Origin: Candidatus Eiseniibacteriota bacterium
GTDB lineage: Bacteria; Eisenbacteria; RBG-16-71-46; CAIMUX01; VGJL01
Direction of reading: 5' to 3'
Length of the DNA: 64,000 bases
Assembly: GCA_963792585.1 (NCBI GenBank)
Contig: CAWBWI010000003.1
Location: forward strand, 896,001 to 960,000
The position numbers were made by a program, and so were the translations under genes. Shown one piece after another: positions 37,194 through 45,237 of this stretch. The number at the start of each line of letters is the position of its first letter. Position 1 is the stretch's first letter. The notes beneath the pieces were generated by a model, which was not told the DNA's origin, searched no databases, and worked only from the letters and a program-made list of their open reading frames with translations.

Positions 37194-37601
37194 ATGAACT
37201 CGACAAGAGCGGCGATGTGGCTCGTCGCGATCTCCACGTTGGCTCTTGGTTGTTCCGACCCTCGATCCAAGGAGGAACGGAGTCTCCCCCATCCGACGGT
37301 GGCGCAGGCGACGTTCATCAACCGCGTCTGGAAAGTGGCGGAATCGACCGGCATGAGTCCGGATCAGTTGGTGGTGTTCTTGTCGGAGGGCACGCTGGTC
37401 TTTGCATCCCCGAACGAGACCCCGGCGCTGGGCACATGGAGCAACGATGATGGAGGTCTGACGATGGTCGAGGAAGGGATCGCATACAAGGTCGACATTC
37501 TCGGGATCAGCGGCACCGAGTTCCGCATCCGAAGCCACAATCCAGGCGGGTTCGTCGACACGCGGTTCGTGCCCGCGGACGGACCGGCCCCACCGCGTTG
37601 A
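37194..37601 (+). CDS. Putative lipoprotein
   Basis: AGGAGGTG RBS; lipobox ALGC. Confidence 0.75.
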   Translation: MNSTRAAMWLVAISTLALGCSDPRSKEERSLPHPTVAQATFINRVWKVAESTGMSPDQLVVFLSEGTLVFASPNETPALGTWSNDDGGLTMVEEGIAYKVDILGISGTEFRIRSHNPGGFVDTRFVPADGPAPPR

Positions 37602-37651
37602 TCGTGATCCGACACACATTACCGCGGCCCGAAGGCGGAAGCCCCGGCGAA

Positions 37652-37770
37652 GGCCAAGCTCTCATTTACCGAAGGTCTCCGTGCTGGGCAATCTCGCAGG
37701 TCATTGAGGCCTCGCCGTCACACACAGGGACGAGCTGAACGCCGACCTGCTCGCCTTTCTCAGAGGCTGA
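37652..37770 (+). pseudogene. C-terminal remnant of a non-heme chloroperoxidase/arylesterase-type alpha/beta hydrolase
   Basis: 37708-37770 reads GLAVTHRDELNADLLAFLRG*; broken AKL.IY..SP upstream; no start codon or N-terminal part. Confidence 0.7.
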
Positions 37771-37811
37771 AGCGTCCCCACGTTACGTGAAAGGAACTAG
37801 CCACGGGGGTC

Positions 37812-38204
37812 ATGCTCAGGAAGCTAGCGGATACGGCAGAGGTTCTACGGGCGTCAAGCCTCATTGGCGAAGTAGTTCACAATCGAGAGGATGAGAAGTT
37901 GGGCCGAATCCAGGACCTCGCGATCGACCCCGGGAGCGGGCAGCCGGCCTATGCGTTTCTCGCACGGGGCGGGCTCATGAGCCCGGGAAGGAGGTTTCTC
38001 GCCAGTCCCTTGAAGGCTTTCGAGCTCTCCACCCTCAATGGAGAACTCGTCCTCGTCGTCGACAAGAGACAGCTCGAGACAATCTTGATCGGGACGCCTC
38101 GCGGCAGGATCTTGCGGACCGCGAGTGGTGTATTCACACCACCGGGTCGTGCGACTGCGAGCCCGGTCGGCAACTCGGGAATGGTCGAAGAGGGAGCTCG
38201 ATGA
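37812..38204 (+). pseudogene. PRC-barrel protein, probably frameshifted or degenerate
   Basis: VLRASSLIGEVVHNREDEKLGRIQDLAID; the family-like tail DLADREW is in another frame (from 38081). Confidence 0.6.
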
Positions 38205-38297
38205 CTATTCACCGCATGCATCGACAGCCGCCCTGCCGCATCGACGGCGATCGCTGCGCATTCCATGGAGCGTGGGGCTCAGGGAAGGACGGAACCT

Positions 38298-38711
38298 ATG
38301 ATAGGGAACATCGGCCACAAGTATGATTCGCTAGCGCTCACGCTGCTGCGCGTGATCGCCGGATTCCTGTTCGTCCCGCATGGTGCGCAGAAACTCTTCG
38401 GCATGTTCGGCGGAATGGGCGGGACGGGGGCGGTAGCGGCGTTTCCGGCACTCACGTGGTTCGCGGGGGTCTGCGAGTTCTACGGCGGGCTGCTGCTGCT
38501 GCTGGGGATCTTCACGCGGCCGGTCGCATTTCTGCTGTGCGGGCAGATGGCCGTCGCCTACTTCAAGGCCCACGCACCGAATGGGTTCTGGCCGTTGGTC
38601 AACCGCGGGGAGCTGGCCGTCCTCTACTGCTTTGTCTTCCTCTATCTGGCGGTCGCAGGGGGAGGGCGCTACAGGCTTGAGTCCCTTTGGCATCGCCGGG
38701 CAAAGGAGTGA
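38298..38711 (+). CDS. DoxX family membrane protein
   Basis: LLRVIAGFLFVPHGAQKLFG, GQMAVAYF, NRGELAVLYCF. Confidence 0.92.
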   Translation: MIGNIGHKYDSLALTLLRVIAGFLFVPHGAQKLFGMFGGMGGTGAVAAFPALTWFAGVCEFYGGLLLLLGIFTRPVAFLLCGQMAVAYFKAHAPNGFWPLVNRGELAVLYCFVFLYLAVAGGGRYRLESLWHRRAKE

Positions 38712-38785
38712 TAGCGGGCGCCTGAGCCGGTCGCACGTGATGTCCGCGAGCGTCTCCGATCTTTGGCCTTGACTTTCATCCATAC

Positions 38786-38801
38786 TCGAATAATTATTCG
38801 A
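38786..38801. promoter_or_regulatory. Perfect 16-bp palindrome (operator candidate) 2 nt before the ATPase ATG
   Basis: TCGAATAATTATTCGA; TTGACT at 38769-38774. Confidence 0.6.
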
Positions 38802-38803
38802 CT

Positions 38804-40048
38804 ATGACAATGGATGAATACCATCTCAGCTATCACAAGTGCCGCGACATGCTTGCGAAACGCCTTCGGGAACCCGCCCCGGGGCGCATCCAGTTGCTTT
38901 CAGGCCCACGCCAGGTCGGCAAGACCACGCTTCTCCTGGAGTTGTCCGGCAAGCTCGGCAAGCAGGCGATCTATGCCGCCGCGGACGCGCCGGAGGCGGC
39001 TCTGCCGGGATTCTGGGAACGGCTGTTCATCCTTGCCGAGGAGAGGGCCGGAAGTCAGGGACGCGCCGTCGTTCTGCTCGACGAAGTACACATGCTTCAT
39101 GATTGGGCCGCGCGGCTCAAGGGAGTCACGGATCGCTTCAAACGCGAGAAGATCCCGATTCACGTCGTGGCTACGGGTTCGTCGGCGCTCCATCTTGTCG
39201 CGGGTTCTCGGGAGACTCTTGCGGGTCGGTTCGAACGGCTGACGCTCACCCACTGGTCCGCGGCCGCCTTGGCGCGAGGTTTCGATCTTGGAGCGGAGGA
39301 AGCAACCGGGCTCATCGTTCGGATGGGTTCGTATCCCGGCGCCTTCCCGTTGCGAAAGGACCTGGGTCGCTGGTCTGCATATGTGCGGGATGCGATCCTT
39401 GATCCGGCGATCGGTCGGGACATCCTCGCCCTGTCAGCGGTAAGAAGGCCGGCGCTGCTCCGTCAGGTATTCGGCGTCGCCGCATCATCACCAGCCCGAA
39501 TCGTCTCGCTGCAGAAGATTCAGGGACAGCTTCAGGACGCCGGGGCCCTCGAGACCATCGCGCACTACCTGGTATTGCTCGAGGAGGCGTTCCTTGTCGC
39601 CGCTGCGCCGAAGTACTCGAAACAGGACGCGCGACGACGAGCGTCCCCTCCCAAGCTGATCGTACTGAGCAATGCCTTCCTGGCCGTGATGGATCCACGC
39701 GGGATTCCGGCGGATCGCTCCGATCCGGAGAGATTCGGGGCGTGGGTCGAGAATGCCTGTCTGGCGCACGCGTGGAACTCCGGCCAGGACGTTTCATATT
39801 GGCGTGAGGAACCGCTCGAAATTGATGGCGTCTGCGAAGGAAGCTGGGGTTCGTGGGCGATCGAGGTCAAGACGGGCAAGTTCGTCATGACCGACCTGAA
39901 GGGGCTCTTCGAATTCGTCCGAAGGTACCCCAGATTCCGGCCGCTCGTCGTCTGCGGAAGTGCAGGTCGCGCGACGGCGGAACGCGCAGGAGTTCAAAGT
40001 GTGACATGGCAGGAATTCCTTCTTGATGGACCGCCCCGGTCTGGGTGA
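38804..40048 (+). CDS. AAA_14 / DUF4143 ATPase with C-terminal PD-(D/E)XK-like motif
   Basis: GPRQVGKTT, LLDEVH, TGSS, ETLAGR, EID...AIEVK. Confidence 0.9.
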   Translation: MTMDEYHLSYHKCRDMLAKRLREPAPGRIQLLSGPRQVGKTTLLLELSGKLGKQAIYAAADAPEAALPGFWERLFILAEERAGSQGRAVVLLDEVHMLHDWAARLKGVTDRFKREKIPIHVVATGSSALHLVAGSRETLAGRFERLTLTHWSAAALARGFDLGAEEATGLIVRMGSYPGAFPLRKDLGRWSAYVRDAILDPAIGRDILALSAVRRPALLRQVFGVAASSPARIVSLQKIQGQLQDAGALETIAHYLVLLEEAFLVAAAPKYSKQDARRRASPPKLIVLSNAFLAVMDPRGIPADRSDPERFGAWVENACLAHAWNSGQDVSYWREEPLEIDGVCEGSWGSWAIEVKTGKFVMTDLKGLFEFVRRYPRFRPLVVCGSAGRATAERAGVQSVTWQEFLLDGPPRSG

Positions 40049-40176
40049 TCCGGTCGAAGGGGCGCCGGATATGCTTCGTCACTCCGGGCTCCGGGCCATC
40101 GCATCAAGTGCGCGTCGATCGGCGAGCCCCTACCACCGAATTGACCTGAGCGTCCCTGGGCCCTAGCATCATCCGG

Positions 40177-43100
40177 ATGTCAACCCGACACCTCCTTGCC
40201 ATGCACGGGCGGGACCGTGGCTTCCGGCGCGCCAACGCCGATTTCGCCGTTGGCCGAGGTTGCCTGTTGATGCTTGCTGGACTGGTCGCGTTTTCGTCTG
40301 CGAGAGCCAATGCAGGGGAGCTTGCAACCAAGCGCGATCGCCCTCGCGTCGGTTTCTCCGTTGTCGGACTGCTTCCCCATGATGACCGGGCCATCCTCTT
40401 CGGAGGAGTGGACAAGTTTGCGCGGATGCTTGCCGTCACACCGGCGACCTATGAAGAAGTCTCGATTCGGCTGGGGGGGCCGTTCGATCCGACGGCACTT
40501 GCCCTCCACAATCGCGGCGATATGAGGACCGCTTACGGCTTCATCGGTTCGGTCGCCTGGGAACCCGTGGAGCGCTGGGACCTGAATGCTCTCCTCGGGA
40601 TGACAGCCGGGGAGGCTCGGGTCGGTTTCCGCATCGATGTGGCGGAAGGTGAGCGGCAGGAGAAAGGCCGCGTGACGACGCCGGTGACCACGTTTCACGC
40701 GGGGGTCGAGGCGCGGCGCCTGTTCGGCGGCGCGCTGGTCCGCCCGCTCCTCGGCATCGGTTTCCGGAGCGCATGGCTCTTCGGTGGAGAGGTGGAGGCG
40801 GAGGTGGCCGGCCTCAAGGTCAAGGCGGGCGATGCGCGGGACCGAGCGTCCATCGGGCCGGCACTGGGTGGCGGCGCCGAGTGGCGTCCAAGCGCGGGAT
40901 CGCTCCGCGTGCGTGCCGAAGTCTGGTGTGTCGGCTCGCTGCTCGATCGTGACCCGGACGCGGCAGGGGGTTCGCATCTGCGGATCGAGCCCGAAGCGCG
41001 CTTGGGCATCGCGACGGGGATCGGCCGGTCCGATCGACTGCGTTCGGGGCGCGCAACGCGACCGAATACCGCATCGGCGGAATGGATTCATGCGGGCGAT
41101 CGTGTCCGCTTCGAGATCTCCCTCGAGAATCGGACGCCGCAGCCGCAGCCGGCGGTCGTCGAGGATCCGATTCCTGCAGGGGCCAGCCGGTTGGACGTCG
41201 GTTCGATCCAGGTGATCGGTTCGACCACGCCGGTCACGGATGCGTCCTCGCCGCACGGCGGCGTGTCGATTCGCGGCATCATGGTGCCGCCGGATGGACG
41301 GGCGACGGTGCGCTATGTCGTCTACATCTCCGAAGACCTTGTGGACGGCGCCGTTCTGGAAAACAGAGCCACGGTCAACGGGCGTCCGACGAATCGGGCG
41401 ACGACGCCGCCGGTGGTTGGTCATGCCGAGGAGGAAGGGGCGATCGACGCGGCAAAGCGATACGTGGGTCGCGAACCATCGGGCGCGCCCGGCGGCTCGC
41501 CCGAGGAGATCCCGCGCGGCATCACCACCGCGCCGCCCGACACGGTGCCCGTTCCACCGGTTCCCCCGGTCCCTCCGGGGCAACCGCCGCGCGTCCCGCC
41601 GGCGGAAGGATGCGACTGCTGCTGCCACCTGGTCCCGGTCTGGTCGAGGGGTCCCTCGATCGAGGTGCAGATCGTCACCCCCGTGGGGGACAGCCTGCAG
41701 GTTCCGATCGGCGGCATGCTGCCGTTCGCCGTCGACGGATCGGATCGCGATCTGCTGACGCTGCGGTGCATCAAGGAAGGGTGCGGCGAGAAACCCTGTG
41801 CGGGCTGTTCCGGTGCAGGGGAGATCGATCTGCCGGGCACGTTGCGGTACCGGTGGGAGGTCGTCGATGGTCCGGGGGCGCTGGTGACGTCGCCTCCCTT
41901 TCCGCACCCGCACTCGGCGCTGGTTGAAGGACCGGCAACGATCTACGTGGCCCCGGACACGCTGGTGGATGGAGCGAAGGTGACCCTCCGTCTGACGGTG
42001 GATGATGGCCCCGAGTACATCGCGGACATTGACGATGCGCCCGTCGAGCGGATCTTTCACATAATCCTCAGGGCCCAAGTCGACCACGAGCCTCCGACGG
42101 TAGCGCCGAGGTCGGGGCCTGCGAGATCTTCCGCCCACACCTCCGAGGGTGGCTGCTCCTGTCGTCCGGTGCCGGCATGGGCGGCTGCGTCGCCCCCATC
42201 GCCGCGCGCGACGCCGCCCGATACGGTCGTCGTCTGCGCGCGGGGGTACGTCGTCCTGGCAGCCGCCGGGAGCGATGTCGATCGCCTGTCCGCGCGGTGC
42301 GTGGATCCGAAGTGCGCCTCTCCGGAGCAAGCCTGGATGCTGAACGATGCGCCGCGATATCTATGGAAGACGGGCCGTGGCCGGATCTTCGGAACGTCGG
42401 AGAAGGTCGTCTACGAAGCGCCCGATGCGCCGGGCCGGGACACCGTGTCGCGAACCCTCGACGACAGCGGGGTTCATCCCGGCCCTGCAGACGAGGCCCC
42501 GGTCCCTGCGAAGCCGGTCACCATCTTTGTCTTCAAGTCCGCGCTGCTCGCCGTGAAGCCGATCCGGACCGGCCTCGGAAAGGGGTACGAAATCCAGTAT
42601 GCGGTGGATCCTCCTCCGGCCGACGCCGCGCGGATCGAGATCTTCGATGCGAAAAACCGGCGCATTCGGACGCTCGATGATCTGCCTGTCGGGCCCGATT
42701 ACGTGCCGGGTGTGATGAGAGCGCGGTGGGACGGGCTCGACGATGCGGGACGGCCCGTCGTCGAAAGGGGAGGCCGATTCCGGGCGGTGCTGGTGACGCG
42801 CCGCGGGACGGCGGAATGTAGATCGGAAAAGGACGTTCCGCCTTGGGAGAGGGTCAGGCAGGACAAGGCTTTGTGCGGCGGCATAGAGGGAACGATTGAT
42901 TTTCCGGCGTCGGCGCGCAAGAAACCTCGATTGGTGGTCGTCTATGTCGAGGGTGAGTGCGAGGCTTGCGCCCGCGTTCCGCATTCCGACAGCCTTGTCA
43001 TCCATTACTATGGGATGCGCGAAACCCTCAATGGTATTCAACCGCATCTCGGTGCCGTGCCTGCGGGAACCCCAATCGTTCTCGTCAACGGTGAGGAAAA

Positions 43101-43482
43101 GGAGATCGACCATGCGCCGCGCGTCATTCCCGAGGCGCACATCGACTGGCAAGGCGATCGTCGCAGGATGCTCGGCGACGTGGGGGTTCTCCGCCGGGGG
43201 GAACGCGCGACCATCGGATACTCGCGCCCGGGACGCATCACCCTTCATTGCGAACTCCACAAGTTCGAGGACGCAACGTTCTTCGTCACGCCCAACGAAT
43301 GCTATAGCGCGATCGTGGTGCCTGAAGGGGTCAGCTCCGTGGATTACAGTCTCGAGAACCTGCTTGCAGGGACATACACGATCCGTGTCTTCGCCCTTGC
43401 GCCGCACCGTGATGTCGGCCCCATCGCCGTGACCGTCGAGAAGGGCAACATCACGAGGCGAGACATAAAGATCACGCGGTGA
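40177..43482 (+). CDS. Large multidomain surface protein (beta-barrel-like N-terminus, DUF11-like domain, Cys-rich duplicated domains, FlgD-like and cupredoxin-like domains)
   Basis: Single 1101-aa ORF with signal-like segment; GDRVRFEISLEN..VEDPIPAG; WDGLDDAGRPV; LHCELH; start uncertain (possibly 40270). Confidence 0.7.
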   Translation: MSTRHLLAMHGRDRGFRRANADFAVGRGCLLMLAGLVAFSSARANAGELATKRDRPRVGFSVVGLLPHDDRAILFGGVDKFARMLAVTPATYEEVSIRLGGPFDPTALALHNRGDMRTAYGFIGSVAWEPVERWDLNALLGMTAGEARVGFRIDVAEGERQEKGRVTTPVTTFHAGVEARRLFGGALVRPLLGIGFRSAWLFGGEVEAEVAGLKVKAGDARDRASIGPALGGGAEWRPSAGSLRVRAEVWCVGSLLDRDPDAAGGSHLRIEPEARLGIATGIGRSDRLRSGRATRPNTASAEWIHAGDRVRFEISLENRTPQPQPAVVEDPIPAGASRLDVGSIQVIGSTTPVTDASSPHGGVSIRGIMVPPDGRATVRYVVYISEDLVDGAVLENRATVNGRPTNRATTPPVVGHAEEEGAIDAAKRYVGREPSGAPGGSPEEIPRGITTAPPDTVPVPPVPPVPPGQPPRVPPAEGCDCCCHLVPVWSRGPSIEVQIVTPVGDSLQVPIGGMLPFAVDGSDRDLLTLRCIKEGCGEKPCAGCSGAGEIDLPGTLRYRWEVVDGPGALVTSPPFPHPHSALVEGPATIYVAPDTLVDGAKVTLRLTVDDGPEYIADIDDAPVERIFHIILRAQVDHEPPTVAPRSGPARSSAHTSEGGCSCRPVPAWAAASPPSPRATPPDTVVVCARGYVVLAAAGSDVDRLSARCVDPKCASPEQAWMLNDAPRYLWKTGRGRIFGTSEKVVYEAPDAPGRDTVSRTLDDSGVHPGPADEAPVPAKPVTIFVFKSALLAVKPIRTGLGKGYEIQYAVDPPPADAARIEIFDAKNRRIRTLDDLPVGPDYVPGVMRARWDGLDDAGRPVVERGGRFRAVLVTRRGTAECRSEKDVPPWERVRQDKALCGGIEGTIDFPASARKKPRLVVVYVEGECEACARVPHSDSLVIHYYGMRETLNGIQPHLGAVPAGTPIVLVNGEEKEIDHAPRVIPEAHIDWQGDRRRMLGDVGVLRRGERATIGYSRPGRITLHCELHKFEDATFFVTPNECYSAIVVPEGVSSVDYSLENLLAGTYTIRVFALAPHRDVGPIAVTVEKGNITRRDIKITR

Positions 43483-43536
43483 CGTGGAGGGCGCTTCATC
43501 GGATGCGATCCCCGTCCCCTGCCGTTGGGGCCTTTC

Positions 43537-44637
43537 TCAATGTCGATGCCGATGATGAACGTCGTGGACGTGCCCGTGCCCGTGTTTGATCGGCAGGTGA
43601 CGATGCGCATGCGCGTGCGGCGCTTCCGTGAGTTCCTCAGGGGTATGCTCGTGCTCGTGGTGTTCATCGTGCGCGTGCTCGTGCGCATGCTCCGTCGCCC
43701 CGTGTTCGTGCAGGTGCTCGTGCCGGTCGAACACGAGAAGGAGGGCGCCGGCGGTCATCACGCCGAGGGCGAGTAGACTTTCCGCGGCGGCCCGCTCGCG
43801 CAATAGGCTCCAGGAGAGAATAGCGGCAAAGCCCGGGGCGAGCGCGAACAACATCCCGGTCTGCAGGACCCCGAGTCTGCGCAACCCGCGCACGAAGAGG
43901 ACGATCGAGAGGCCGTAGGAAACCGCCCCCACCGCGATCGCGGCAAGGAGGCGCGGCGTGTTCCACTCTCCGAACCCGCCGAATGCGGCGGCGAGGGCGA
44001 GGCTCGTGAGCCCCCCGACGATCCCCTTCACGGCGACGATCTGCCGCGCGTCGCGCACGCTCACACGCTGGGTCAGGTTAGTGTCGAGGCCCCACAGCGC
44101 GCAGGCGCCGACGACGCAGGCGGCGCCCGCCCAGCGCGTCGGCGCGGATGTCGCCGCCTCGCCCGGGAGCGATAGAATGACCGCGCCGCCGAGGATCGCC
44201 AGCGCCCCGATCCATCCCCGACGGCCGAGGTGTTCGCCCGAGAGCAGAACCCCGAGTCCGATCGTGAAGACGGCTTCGAAGTTGAGGAAGAGACCCGTCA
44301 CGTGCCCGCTGACCTGTCGGACGCCGATGAGGAACAATAGCGGCGCGAGGACGGCCCCGGAAAGGATGGCGCCTCCCATCCAGACCCATTCTCCAGGGCG
44401 GATGAAGTTCCGTGCGGGGTTGCCGCGCGGGTGGGGCGAGAGGCCGACCAGAAGCGCGCCCAGCGTCCCGGCGGATAGGTAGAGGACGGCGGAGAGCGCC
44501 AACGGTTGCACTCCCGCGAGCAGAAGCTTGATCGCGGGGACACTTGCGGCGAAGGCGAGAGCCGCGGCAATGACCTCGATCTGCCCGCGTAGGTTCCGCC
44601 GGTGAACCGGCGTGGCTACCCGATCGCTGATGTCCAG
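43537..44637 (-). CDS. EamA/DMT transporter with His-rich C-terminal tail
   Basis: LNFEAVFT, WGLDTNLT, SYGLSI; frame is open upstream of 44511 with TM1 (IEVIAAALAFAASVPAIKLLL); CTG at 44637 after GGAGG is a possible start. Confidence 0.88.
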   Translation of the reverse strand: MDISDRVATPVHRRNLRGQIEVIAAALAFAASVPAIKLLLAGVQPLALSAVLYLSAGTLGALLVGLSPHPRGNPARNFIRPGEWVWMGGAILSGAVLAPLLFLIGVRQVSGHVTGLFLNFEAVFTIGLGVLLSGEHLGRRGWIGALAILGGAVILSLPGEAATSAPTRWAGAACVVGACALWGLDTNLTQRVSVRDARQIVAVKGIVGGLTSLALAAAFGGFGEWNTPRLLAAIAVGAVSYGLSIVLFVRGLRRLGVLQTGMLFALAPGFAAILSWSLLRERAAAESLLALGVMTAGALLLVFDRHEHLHEHGATEHAHEHAHDEHHEHEHTPEELTEAPHAHAHRHLPIKHGHGHVHDVHHRHRH

Positions 44638-44699
44638 GCTTCCTCCGCCGCGTCGATCCGGTCGGCTTCCCGCTCGGATCGCGCAGAACGCAGCCTCAC

Positions 44700-45185
44700 T
44701 CAGTCCAAGGGGAAGTCCAGATTCCCCGGCCCGGGCCTACCCAGGAGGCGGCACATCGCAAGCACCTGACCCTGGTGCTGGTAGATGTGCGTCGTCGTGC
44801 GTACGAAGACCAAGGCCGGCACGAGCGGACGCATCTTGCCGGGCCACGTCCACATTTCCCGGGACGTGTTCAACTCCACTTCCGAAGCCTGACGCACGTA
44901 GGCGCCCGTCGATTCCGCAACCTGCGCACGGTACGCCTCGAGCGCGGCCACGGAGGCGTGGTTGGGATCGTCCACCTCGTCCTTGTAGAGACCGCGGATC
45001 ACGTTCATCCAGTACTCCTGCGCGCCGATGACGTGATTGAGCTGTTGGAGGAGATTCGGGTAGCCGAACCCCTCGAGTTCACGGGAGAGGTCCTCGTCGC
45101 CGAACGGCGCGCAGTGCTGGAGCAGCCTCTGCAGGCTGCGGTGTGCGCGTTCGTGCATGTCTAACAGTGCCGGTGCGGTATACAT
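44700..45185 (-). CDS. DinB-family protein
   Basis: LNHVIGAQEYW and THIYQHQGQ His motifs; AGGAGGAG RBS. Confidence 0.85.
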   Translation of the reverse strand: MYTAPALLDMHERAHRSLQRLLQHCAPFGDEDLSRELEGFGYPNLLQQLNHVIGAQEYWMNVIRGLYKDEVDDPNHASVAALEAYRAQVAESTGAYVRQASEVELNTSREMWTWPGKMRPLVPALVFVRTTTHIYQHQGQVLAMCRLLGRPGPGNLDFPLD

Positions 45186-45237
45186 CAATTCTCCTCCTAT
45201 GCGACATCCGGCCGAACGCAACCCGCCGGCGTCCCGA

